DNA of 49,253 nucleotides, filler included, from Catajapyx aquilonaris (Eukaryota), in the NCBI GenBank assembly GCA_000934665.2. It is 2 parts of 2 records of this genome, joined end to end, with 100 filler letters (N's around TTAATTAATTAA, not from the genome) between each part and the next. Parts side by side here need not be neighbours in the genome. Positions count along the whole stretch, not along the records: positions 24,672 to 49,253 come from KZ539358.1; 1 more part is not named here. The stretch is one strand, 5' to 3'. The position numbers and the translations under genes were made by a program. The notes beneath the pieces are model-generated. The model was not told the origin of the DNA and searched no databases. It saw only the letters and a program-made list of their open reading frames with translations. Positions 37,041 to 48,809 of the stretch are shown here, in pieces (position 1 is the stretch's first letter; each line of letters begins with the position of its first letter).

Positions 37041-38238
37041 AATATATTGTCTTCCTCTCTGGCCCTCTTGAACCCGGTGTAAACATTCCTGGGGTCTGGG
37101 AAATGCTTCCTCACAGTCTTCACGATGCAGGAGGGTATGACCCGCCTTTCACCTTTCCCGAGGTAGTCATGCCGCCAGGTGGTGAACTGGCGGTATGCAT
37201 AATGTCGGCATTCCCTAAATGAAACAATTGCACACCTGTGTGAATTTGTCACAATGCAATACATTAGTTAGGCATACATGCAATTCTTACTCACTTCTCA
37301 TCTAAAGTTATGCGCACAGGTTGGAGTTTCCGAAATTTTCTGTCTGTCATACTTGCCATCTGGATAGCAGTTTTGTCCAGACAGAGGCTGAGAAACTCGG
37401 GGTGATATGCCATACATGTATCTGGAAGTTAGGGTGCATTTTAGCATTTCAAGAAGTACATGCATATGGGTGTACCTGTTATTGACCTAAAATCCTCATC
37501 ACAGTGGTAATTTGAACAGTGAAATCCATCCTGGACTTTACTTTGTTTATTTACTGTACAATTGACCATTTTTCTACCCTTCCTGACAGTCCCATGACAC
37601 ACTTGCGAAGCCTTTGCAACACAACAGTATGCAGTAATTATCAAAATTATTATAGTCATGATAACAATAATAAAAATTATAAATCCTTGGGTAGTGCCTG
37701 ACCCTAAGGTGGTATTTTTTTTACGTGATCTCCCCCGGGTCGTTTGCAACACAAGTGTGTTGCGACCCACCGCCTGATCATCGCTGCTGTATGCGTTTCA
37801 CAACATACCTCCATTAGTCATCAATGTGCAGCAAACTTCCTCCTCCTGCTTCTTCATTGCAGCACAATTGCCACACTGGCACCATTCCTCAACAGGTCGT
37901 CGGGGATGGGATTGTGGACCTGCTGTTGTGGCAGCTTCGGCATTGCCCACTTCTTGCTCCACTTCCCCCTCCCCCTCCGCCTCCCCCTGCTCTTCCTCCT
38001 CCTCCTCCTCCTCGTCGTCGTCGTCGTCGTCGTCGTCATTGGGGTGGTAAGTGGCAGTGTACACATGACGTGCTGCAAGTGCCTCATATGTGGCCACCCC
38101 GTCGTCATACGGCTCGCACTGGTAGGGCCGCAGGGGAGGTGCGAGGGCGCCGAGATGGACTCGACCTGTGCCGGCCTCCGAAACATCGGGTGCACTTACA
38201 CACCCGGCCTCCTTTCTGTGGTCCGCCATCCTTCTCAT
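37037..38238 (-). CDS. KolX accessory protein with P2X7 intracellular (ballast)-like Cys-rich domain, ~244 aa; exons 38238-37809, 37421-37295, 37214-37037
   Basis: PYQCEP, acidic D/E tract, WCQCGNCAAM...EVCC, C..HPEF..LCL and RHYAYRQFTTWRHDYLGKGERRVIPSCIV..VRKHFP...YTGF. GT-AG introns; 735 nt in frame. Confidence 0.88.
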
Positions 38239-39741
38239 CAGATTCGCGCTCGAAGCTGGCGCGCTTGTGTTGCCTAGCGCGCCCCGCGCGGCAGTTGTTT
38301 GTTGAGAATCTCATCTAGTTCCGCCCGGTTCCACTCTGGTGGCGTCGCCACCTGCGTTTGCCCGTTTGAGCGCGGTTTTCGAACGACACACTTCCAGCCT
38401 TCGCCCTGGCCGTACCGTTCGTCTCTCAGAAAAACTGCTTATACCCTCGGAATCAGGATTTTTTGCCCGATTTTTAGAACCCAACTTGTATTTTGAGTGG
38501 AGTGTCCCTTTAAGCTTACGCATTCGGAATTCGAAATAAGTGACATCTGTCTGGTATGTCTTCGTTCTGCAAACCATTTTGCACTGAACGTAAATAAGTT
38601 ACGGTAGGCCTACATGCAAAAAATGCATTGAATAACTTCGAAGGAGCTTAACGTGAATAACATAATGCACAATTTTCTGGTATTTATTTTCCTGTCAATT
38701 ATCGAAAATGTTTACTACATGAACCTACACTATACATCTTGCAACGAAAAGGTCATTCAGTAATACCATAATATTATTACCAATTGTCTTCCGAATCGCG
38801 GGGCCTGGGGCAGGGGCCCCTGTTGCCCTCCCCCTAGGGCTTTTTTCTTGTTGTGATTGGGGGGCCCCTTAGGCCTGGAGCAGTGTTCCATTGCACCATG
38901 GCCCATGAGGTAGGAGTCATCTGCAAAGGAACTTCTCGTCTGTTACTGCACCGATTCATAACAGGCACCATGTCGCAGGATTTGATTGGTTCACTGAGTA
39001 CGGTACTCAACCGGTACTGTACTGCTTCCCCTTCAAACCCTGTTTGATAATGTATACAAGAAGCTGCATTTGAAATTGTCACAAGCACAGGCATAATTTT
39101 GCCTTTATTAGTCAAATGTCAAAAAAATCATATGCTGATGAATTACATTGCACAATTACAAATGTACTGTGACAAATATAAACCATGCGGATGTTCACCA
39201 TTAACTTTCTCAACTTAACACAAGAGCAATGTAATACAGAAAACGGCGTAATGAATTTAAATAATTTGAATATATATTCGGCATCAAAGGTGCTTGATTA
39301 ATTCCGAAAGTGACCCAGGCACGGTGATGAATACACAAAAACAATCTAAAACACACCAAATGCACCAGTACACACAAAATGCTATGATAATTTATATATA
39401 GCAATGTAAATAATGAATGAAATATTAAACCATCAGGACACAGAACTTCATGATTCATCTCAACATAGCAGAAATAAAATTAATGTACGTACTGAAGTTC
39501 TTGATTTTTTTTGCAGAAAAGCATTCTGCATCTTTTCATCACCACCATTCTGCCAAGAAGGTTAATTTTTCTGACCTGCACCTTCCTAGAGTTATGGTGC
39601 TTGTTTAGAAGGAAAATTACATTGTTTGAAATAAACAGTGGGATATAGTGTTATACATTAGCATAAGAATGACAGACACGTGAGGGCTGTTACGATAATG
39701 TAGAGTTGGTAGAGTTGCACTTGAGCATCAGAAACGTACAT

Positions 39742-41754
39742 TCACATGTAGAACGGAAACTCTGGCTTATTTACAGACGAATGCTTACAGCAGTCACACG
39801 AGAAGCAAGAATATGGACGGCACTTGCGCGATCCAGAAAGAGCGCGTTGCAACACTTCCTTAGAGAAGGCGACAATGGCCAGAGAACATCCCAACATCAA
39901 CATGCAGAAGGCTCCTTGCAGCTTGTCCAGAGAAAACCTGGCCGCTTGCTCCAGTGATCCTCCGCCATTCTCTTCGGCCATCCGCGCCAGTCGTCATAAT
40001 TTCACAAAATCAATGAACCGATCTCTCTTCACCTGGAGGCCAATGCTGTTGTACACACCTATCCAAAAGCTGAAGTTGTCGGAGTAAACACTCTCCTTGG
40101 CAAAGGCCATTGCCATGTACAGGAAGAAAAGTGAATCGTCGGAAGTGAATGACGGATCTGTGCCGTCAGTTGCAGGAGCCACTGTCTCCAAATAATATTC
40201 CAGCCAGAATTTATTTGCAAGGCACACTTCGTTTATTGAGAAAACATCTCTGATGCATTCATCTTTTGACTTGATGTGTAGATCCTCCATGATACCAGGG
40301 TATGCTTCGTGGACGTCTGCTTCCGTTGACGTCAAAAGGTCATAGACAATAGGCAAGGTGCTTATTCCAAAATCAGATTCTCTGAGTTGCAGGAAGGTAG
40401 AGGGAATGAATTCCTTAGAAGGATGGGCCAGGAAATCAAAGAGCTTAGCTACATAACCTGTGATGACGATGATCGTGAAGTAATTCCAAAATATCAGGGC
40501 AATCATGAAGGACAAAAATATTCCATAAAGGCCTCCTTCACCTTGGACAAGTGCAACTCGCCCCAATTTCTCAACAATTCCAAGAAGGGAGTTAAATTTG
40601 GCCAGGTGGGCGTCTGGCCTGATTTGCCATGTGGACAAAAAGAAAAGGAACGAGGCGTAAATGACCAAAGAAAGGAGGAAACAACACCAGGCGACGGGTT
40701 CGTAAGGGTACACTATAACCAGAGGCGTGTTGATTACCTTTGGTTTGCGAGCCACAAATGTAATTCTGTCCCGATAATAAGCACTGCTAAGGTCGAACAC
40801 CTTGTGTCCAATTTCCATGAGAGGAAATACAAGCAAAAATGGAATCCTTCCCATTGTCATATCGTCCATAATTCCAACAGCCTGAGCCATGTTTCTACTC
40901 AGTTTTTGGTAATCTATGTACTCTGCAGTCCACCTGAAGTTGAGGGCCTCTCCCACGAAGCAAGTAGCAGTTAATGTCGATAGCAGGTATGGATGACACT
41001 CTTCGCTGCTCAGCTTCTCATTATAAATTGTGCGAAGGTGTTTCTGTCGAAAGTTGCCTGCCGTGTCCTCCAGCAGAATTGTCCCCAGCTGAGTGTTTGC
41101 CCAGCAGTTGCTGGAATTCTCTGACACAGACTTCAATGAGGGTTGACCTTCGTCGCAGAAGAAGCAGACGGTGGACAGGACGGAGGTTTGGTTGTCACGA
41201 GAGTCGATGCTGACCTTGAACTTGAGCTTCGAAGCTGGTGACTGGAGGAGGAAGTCTTCTTCCTCCGGATCGTCCCTGATCCAGATGATGAATTTGTCCT
41301 TGTTCTTTTTGACGACGACAACTCCTTCCTCTGGTTCCAGTAGTTCTTCCATTGCACTTTCATAATTCTCGAAGCAGGTGGTCACCAGGTTCACCACACA
41401 TTTGGTGACACGGGTTGGTTGGAATGCTACCAGATCACTCTTGGAATCAGCAGACTCTACCGACGAGCAATCCCATCTGCTGGGCTGAGATCCGGTCGAT
41501 CTGGCCAGCAACACTGGTCTCCCTGCCATGGCCATGTTGGACACCAGGTCATCAAGATGTGCAGGCCAACCCCACCCGAGGTCATGGGTCACTGCCAGGG
41601 GACACTCCGGGTCGAGCAGGTGTCTGTCCTTCAGTATATTCCACACAGATAGAGTCACTTTATCATCCGAATGATGGCCAATCAGATGAATGAAAGCAAC
41701 CGCTCGACTAATTACAATAATGGTGACGGTAATTAGGATGGCAAAAGGCATCAT
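39742..41754 (-). pseudogene. Divergent ionotropic receptor copy C, full length (671 codons), single premature TGA at 39994-39996
   Basis: The 586-aa ORF and ORF 39742-39981 are in frame. Copy B has TGG (W) at the stop position. The M3 helix lies downstream of the stop. Confidence 0.88.
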
Positions 41755-42241
41755 TTCAATATCCTAAGAAACTTCGAGCATCTAATCCCGTGCACTCTAT
41801 CGCTTGCTACCTATACTGACAATTCTGACTTATGTTTGGCCACGTAACTGTGTCCTTGGTACGTACCGATTCATGAGAAACTCATTAAGTTCACTTGTAA
41901 TTTTTTCAAGCCTTTATCTCGGGTAAACAAATAAACATTGTGCCAGTGCGTGCTGGAATCATTATTGATCAATTTATGTACATCAGAACACAAGCAGAAA
42001 GGATATTAAACTTATTTATTATATTCTGCAAATATGCTCTCGACTCCTACGCAATTATTATATTTCCAATTGATGAGCTTCCTTATAGCTTTGTGAGTCA
42101 TATAAGCGTAATGAGAATAGGGTGACGATGATTTAAAAACCTATCAGATATTTTCTCTGGTTTATCATAATTATTCTGTATAAATATAGAACGCATTCTC
42201 CTGGACGAATCAGTTGTAACATTTTAAATGTAATAATCCTA

Positions 42242-42311
<70 letters not shown>
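42242..42311. repeat. (ATT)n microsatellite
   Basis: About 23 perfect trinucleotide units. Confidence 0.95.
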
Positions 42312-42314
<3 letters not shown>

Positions 42315-43893
42315 CTAATTGACAATATGCCAGTCACCCTCTCAGTCTCAGCCGGTCTCAGTTCATAGTGGGCATGATCCTTGGCCTTGGTTCTTCATTA
42401 TACTTGGTGTGAATGGATTGATTGTTCAGCAAACACGTTGGAAATGACTCTCTTATTGTTTTCCGATATCGCACGATTTAAACATGGGAACGAGCAAACA
42501 CTTCACAGAACGTGCCACTATACATTTCTGATGAATTAAATGTTTGAGCTTATCATTTTATGATAATTAGGTGGGGTCAAATTTATTTTTTAAACAATGT
42601 ATCTGAACGGAAAATATGAATTTTAATATTATTAGACTGTATGATAGTGTAATTGACGCAATGAAATAACTGGAACTTACGAACGGTTCTCCTACTTTCG
42701 TGACATGTCATTTTGTAGCGACTTGACAGTGAGATGTGTATGTGTGTACTATGCATCACTTGTTAATAGGAATATGAACAATACAAGTGGCATGCTTATG
42801 AACATATAATATTTTTAAATGCTTCCGTAAAACATGACTTCACATCCAGCAGCATCACGTAGACAGCAAACTGAAAGGGCTTTGTTTTTGCTACATCTGA
42901 GGAGGCGATAATACGACCATTAAGCTCGTATTAAACAAATTTTACTTTCGTTGGGAGTTTGCGCAATTTTATAGGCTTTGTTTAAAAATTTGATGTCACG
43001 TGACCCACTTACGAGAATTTACTTCTGTCTATGACCCATAAAAGGATTCTCAATTGCATTGAGGGCAACGTCGTATTGATTTTCGTCCTTGTACTCATCT
43101 TCGAATAATATGACTTTGAGTGAGGAGTGATTTCAGGGGGACTTGTCGTAAACACATGACTAGTGCTCCAAAGCTTCTAGGCCACTAATAGTCCCTACTA
43201 GTCTGGATAGTATACCGATAGACTCTCTGGAGGGAATGAACCACACTACTGACACTAGCAAAGGTACGGGTAATACAATATATTGTACTGTACAGAGTGC
43301 TATTCTATATTCGAGGTATACGGCATGAATTGTCTGCAATAAAAATATGGAAATACGACATCATTTCGAATCGGGTAGAAGGAAATGTTGGCCAATAATA
43401 ATAAGACGGAAACACTATTTTATTACATTTAAGATACAATACCAAAATAAGCATCTGTGTACAACTGTACAAATCCAGTTTAATTAGACATTTAAAGAAG
43501 ACAAACCGTTACAGAAAATACCGGTATGTCGTCTTGGACGAACAACCACAAGGGTAGCATCACTGATTTAGGGTTGACATGTTTGAGATATGTACCCCAC
43601 ATTTGTGGTGGTAACAAATTTAATTTCCCACCACTCCGTTGGAGTTAGATGCTCAATCAATGTTTTTGGAAATTAATTTGGTTTTGGAAACACTTAATTG
43701 AAGAACATTTGAGCAAATCAATCCACAAAGGTCCATCCAACAAGAAAATGACAATTACTGTATTTCCTGAGATACTTTATCCCGAATATATTGGCGTACG
43801 AACAGCATTAAATTGACTCTCAACGCTTTTAAATAAATATTGAATTTCAAAAATATTAATAAGCTATGATAGGCAACATGCTACATTAGCCTA

Positions 43894-43992
43894 CAGTTGA
43901 ATCCGGATGTATCAGCCTCGGCTATAACAGCCTTTCAGTTTTGACAGACTGATTTCCTCTAGTCGGTCCCCTGAAGTGTCCAGAATCAACTG
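43894..43992. mobile_element. 99-bp derivative of the pogo/Tigger-like MITE family at 256-1078
   Basis: TA|CAGTTGAATCCGGATGTATCAGCCTCGGCTATAACAG...AATCAACTG|TA; matches the reverse complement of ~1005-1078. Confidence 0.75.
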
Positions 43993-44022
43993 TATTTGTT
44001 GGATTTACCATATTCTTACGGG

Positions 44023-46001
44023 TTAGTGTATACCACGAGAAATGAGTTCGGCAACAAACATTACAGCACCGAGAAACCACGAGCAGATGAAGAGGAAGTA
44101 AAGAGGACCACTCATTTGCATAAAATTCAAGGCCATCGATCTCTCGTACAAAAGATCGCTTTTTCGAGCAGCCTTGATTCCCATCGCCAAACAGGCATGT
44201 TCAAACATCCGACTTAATTTGTCCACAATCCCCGAATCCCTCGTGTAAGTTAGAGTTCTACAAAAAATTGGAGATGTCAGGCTGTACTTTTCGGTAATTA
44301 TGCCTCCTTGCAACAAAATATCGTTGTCGTCTGCATACCTAGTTGGCACTTTCCCAGCATTGTCTGCGAACTGAAAGCTGGTGGCAAGTAAAACATCATA
44401 CACTGCAATACACGAATGATCGGAGTGTATGACTTCCAAGACGCACGAATTCAAATCGATATGTTCCATCATATCTTTGGCGATGGGAGCAAAGGACTCT
44501 AGATTAGTCAGCACACCGGCCATGTACGGTTTCATGAATACAACACCTCCCCAAGTCCACCTCGGCCATTTCACGTTGTCACTGAAATAAACAGGCAATT
44601 CTTCCAATTCAGGGCTGGCCAAAAACCCAAAGTAAAGAGCCTCGTAACCGCAGATTATGACCAGGGAAAAGGCCCACCAGAAGGCGATGAATATTCGGGC
44701 TGGTTGACTGATGGGAATCTGGTTTGGGTTTTCCTCGATCAGGGTGGAAAATAGATATCTCAAGGAATAGAGTAGGAGTGAGGGAGGAGGACGAGTGGAG
44801 AAGGGTGGGCTTAGGAGGGAATCGCTTTTCAAAATCACGCAGAGTATCACACTGCCGTTGCACTTGCCACAAAGATAAGTGCCCACATTTCAGGAGTGTA
44901 AGGCTGAGTAATTGATTTCCAAGAGTAACTAATTCTGGGAGCCCTAGTTATGAATGTAAGTGCAGATAATGAATGCGGATTAATGATGTCTGTGACAAAC
45001 GATATGGTATCTTTTAACATGGTCAATGCAAACACTGCTTCTCGTTTAACAATAATCCCAGTGGGACTTGTATAGTTACCGTCTGGGAGAAGAGCGTCTG
45101 GAATTTGACCGTCAATCATTTCGAAGGCTTCAATTTTCCAGTCAGAATTTAGAGCTTCACTGAGTGGCGACATGATAGATACCTGCATCAACATGGGCAT
45201 ATTGTTATCTAAAAAATATTCAAGTTCACCCTTGTCCAGTTGAAAAGCAAAAGTTCCATTGAGATGTTTATTGTGGAGATTCCTGGAATAATCCGGGAAC
45301 AATTCTTCCGGACTCTGTTCCTGACCCGCACCGTACGAACCTGTGTTGACCACTGCGGGATGACCTCCGTGGCAGAAGTGACAGTTGCTGAGCAGAGAGA
45401 GTCTCCTGGTGTGGTTGTGGTAGATCATCCCGAGGGAGAAGAGCATCCTCTCTGCGTCCGGGTGCAAGAGGGCGTCCCTCACCACACTGGATGATGGTCC
45501 ATCAGATGAAGGCGTCCAGAAGATGAACCTGTCCCTGTTGGTCTTGATCCGGACGATGGAGGCCAGGTGGCGGAGGAAGGGCCCGAGGTGGTGGCGGGGC
45601 TGGCCCCGGGGCAGGGCCAAGAGGAACAGCCCGCAGTTGTGGAGGTGCCTGGCCCTGGGTCTCTCCAGCCAAGAGAACCAGTACTCGAAGTCAGGAGGTC
45701 TGTTGGGGGTGGACTGGGGCAGGGATGGTGACCACCGGATGGACAGCACAGGAGATGAAGAGTGGGCCCTCTTCAGGAGGAGACGGGTCATCTGGTGGTC
45801 AAAGGAGGAGGACTGGGGTTGACCCGTGGCCAGCACCAGGAGGCAGCCCGGGTCATGATGGGCCATGAGCACCAGGGATGCCACCAGAGAGGCCTCTTCC
45901 TCCTCCTCCGATGACCACTCCAGCCCAACCTTCTTCCTGGTCAACCTAGAGTCACCTTCACCCACGCACAGAAGGAGAAGAAGCAACATTGCACGTCCCA
46001 T
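44023..46001 (-). pseudogene. Divergent ionotropic receptor copy D (distant paralog), single 2-bp frameshift at ~44848-44852
   Basis: Signal peptide, H.P.C.L and RDRFIFW motifs, CHFC (CFFC in copies B/C), LTFITRAP..PYTPEMW, RIFIAFWW..YEALYFGFL.SP and a C-terminal TM. The span is 659 codons plus 2 nt. Confidence 0.82.
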
Positions 46002-46769
46002 ATCCACAGTGGACTGTCGCCCTCGGCCTTGTCACATGCACATTTTATACCCCCAATGATTCGTCAATTTTTGACCAATATAAGCGCTTCATCTATTAAA
46101 ACACTGTTAAAACCTTCACTCTTCTCTCATCTACATCACCCAAGAATATTATTTCTTTATCCTTATTTTTCTTGGGTTGTAACATCCCCTAATAATTTAT
46201 AATTGGCTATTAGCGAATATATTTCTCTTTAAAACAATGCAATGAAAACAAGACTCGTGTGCCTTGCCCGGACATGTCATATTCCTGTATGGCTGTCACT
46301 TACATTGTCATTTCTTCCCATTATCTTACACTTGAGAGTGGTCTTTATGAAGCTGAACACTGTTCTTTAGCTCTATCCGTCAATGCTTGGAGCACTAGAA
46401 ACATGTGTTTTTAGAAAAGCATCCTAAAATTGCTACCAAATGAACGTCAGATTTGAAGATAATTGATAATAACTTTTTTTAGCTTGTTACGAGTACGTGC
46501 AGTGCCTGCCAGAAACCTACACGAAATATATAATTTCTACATTGGACTGCAATATGGTCTGCAATGATCTAGAGCGTCCGATTATTATGCACAATATCCA
46601 AGAACCCTTTTTTAATGTTTAGGGGTCAAGATCTACTGTATTCTTATTTGTAAAAGTTTACAACCGTGCAAAGTATGCAATTTAAAAAAAGTATCGACAC
46701 CCAATAATATTTTGCGGCTCTTGATTTGTGAACTGCGCAACGGGCTTTTTTCCACAGCTTCTATGGTCA

Positions 46770-47030
46770 CAGTTTTGATTACGCAAGTTACACTCAATTC
46801 AATTAGTATACCAATAATTTCAGATAGCCATGAATGCAAAAACAAAATAATTGAGAGGGGTCCCTTTCCTATATTCAAATTTTGACCGGCAGTCTTGGAC
46901 GTCTCTGAATCAACTGGGAAGCTTGAGTGTGCTTTTATTCCAGATATGCTCATTGCATATGTGGCGTTTCATTGGCAAACTTTAGGAGTGAACAACAATG
47001 CAGACACCATTCGATCACTTCATAATATTA
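46770..47030 (-). pseudogene. Possible decayed 3' fragment of another IR
   Basis: NLNIGKGPLSIILFLHSWLSEIIGILIELS resembles the copy D M3 region ALNFMQMSGPLYFLFICSWFLGAVMFVAELIS. Stops and a frameshift lie upstream. Confidence 0.3.
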
Positions 47031-47490
47031 TTATCTCTATTATTATACTGAGGCCGCAAATCCTCCCGCACCGCATGGGCTACAGCTTTGGGAGCTGTGT
47101 CTAAATTTAGCCCATGTTGTTTATATTTGCAAACCACTTTGTTTTTTGTTTTTTTGAAAAAAGTGGCCAGGGAATTTATAAAATGGAAAAAACGCCAACC
47201 GGCTTTTTTAAAAAAAGACCGCTGCCTTTCCACGGAATTCCCATCTCGGCCGCGTGGCGCCACCACCAGGGTGGCGACCTGTGGCGACTCGCTTACTTCT
47301 GCACCGTCTTACTTCGGCACGTCACCGTCGGATGTCGCTGCCTGGTCCGCGTCTCCCTCTCCCACCTCTCCCCCTATCTGTGTGTGTCCATTTTTGCACT
47401 TTTGCCAAATTTTGGCCAAATTTCGGCAAGTGTGTGCCTAATGGAAGGATTAATACACGTACAGTACAATATGCGTTTAGAATATGAGAT

Positions 47491-48324
47491 AGAAACGTTT
47501 AGGCCTACATCAAGACATCCCATATCTATTCTTGTGTCTGTCTGATTTTCTAAAGGTTGAACAAAATAGACGTCTGCCCACTCCATACCGCTCAATAAAA
47601 TCTGTGTAATGGCGCGTGGAATAAGAAACAAATCAATACAAAATCATGCCTGCTGTGGAAATTGGACACATCCGTGTGCGCAATACGAAAAGCAAATGAA
47701 ATATTAACCATTCCTCTCCTCATGTGTCGCTAGCAGCGTATGATGACTCTGGTCACCCTAAGCGCGAATATGACAATAAAGCAGCAGCTGAAATGCGATT
47801 ATCTCAATCTAGCAGCACATTGTGTATACAGGGAGTTTCTGAATTCAACCGACAAACTTGTAGGGGGAATAGAGGGGACCAAGACAAGCATATTTGACCT
47901 AGGAACCCCTGTCCGGAAACGCCATCTAGAGGAGGTTCATAGACGAGGAACGGGTGCGCTCAGACGCGTCACGTCAGGCGCTAGGCGAGCGGACCGTTTA
48001 GTTGCTAGGTGGCGCGCGGATTGTAGCCTACACAACTTCGCAATTCGCCATAACTTGGCAGCAAGCTAAACACTATTACTTTACGTGATCCTTCACTCTG
48101 TAGTGTACTTGATGAGAAACGTTTACGTCAAGAGACCCCAACTCTATTCTTGTTTCTGTCTGATATTTTAAGGCTGAACGAGAGGGATGTGGTGTCTCTC
48201 CAATCCATACCGCTCAATAAAATCTGTGTAATGGCACATGGAATAAAAAACAAATCAATACATCTGCCTGCTGGGGAAGTTAGACGCATCCGGATGAGCA
48301 TCACGAAAAGCAAATCAAATATTC
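47491..48324. repeat. Diverged ~210-bp direct duplication (47491-47705 and 48114-48324) with a mariner-like terminus between (TA|CAGGGAGTTTCTGAATTC at 47829)
   Basis: Both copies share TCCATACCGCTCAATAAAATCTGTGTAATGGC and ACGAAAAGCAAAT. Confidence 0.65.
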
Positions 48325-48809
48325 ACGCCTCTGCTGGTGACAAGGGGTGGAATTTATTGACTTCGATTCCTACCCGGGAATTTCTGTTATCGTTATTAAT
48401 GGTTGCCAAGAATTATTATGATAACAGTAGGCCTGACAGTATCAAACCTGGAGTTGGTGCTAAAACTTCAGTGGTGCGCTACTGTGCAGCGGTATAATCC
48501 AATGGGCATTTATTGGAACATTTTCATTCAACCTGCATGAAACCAGTAAGGTACTTACCTCCTGTCCTTCCAGTTGAAATAGAGAGTGTTGCAATCCTCT
48601 GTTAAGAGAGCCGGAAGCCTTTATTTCTGTCTGGTCAATTATTTACACGATCCCTGGAGTTACATGAAAAATGCAGGACCACAGTAAGTGTTATGGAATC
48701 GAAGTAAACATCATCTGATAAGCATCTTATCAATAGTAGCCTACAGTACACGATTAAAATAATAGTCTTATTATTGGTTTCTAACAATATTAGCGAAATC
48801 CAATAATAT

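Larger units (their letters stand above)
30678..38509. mobile_element. Full-length Kolobok DNA transposon (7832 bp including a nested insertion and an N gap)
   Basis: TTAA TSD at 30674-30677 and 38510-38513. Perfect 29-bp TIR AGGGACACTCCACTCAAAATACAAGTTGG, imperfectly extending to ~60 bp, with RR..YY termini. Convergent THAP-DDE transposase and KolX genes. Confidence 0.92.

Noticed and set aside
37744..38318. Plus-strand Pro/Arg/Ser/Leu-rich ORFs
   Set aside because: Antisense shadows of the KolX acidic tract.
30678..38509. Assignment to piggyBac, P element or Kolobok subgroups with extra nuclease/helicase genes or long direct repeats
   Set aside because: Ends are AG..CT rather than CC..GG, the TSD is 4 bp, KolX is present, and no extra enzyme ORF or long terminal direct repeats were seen.
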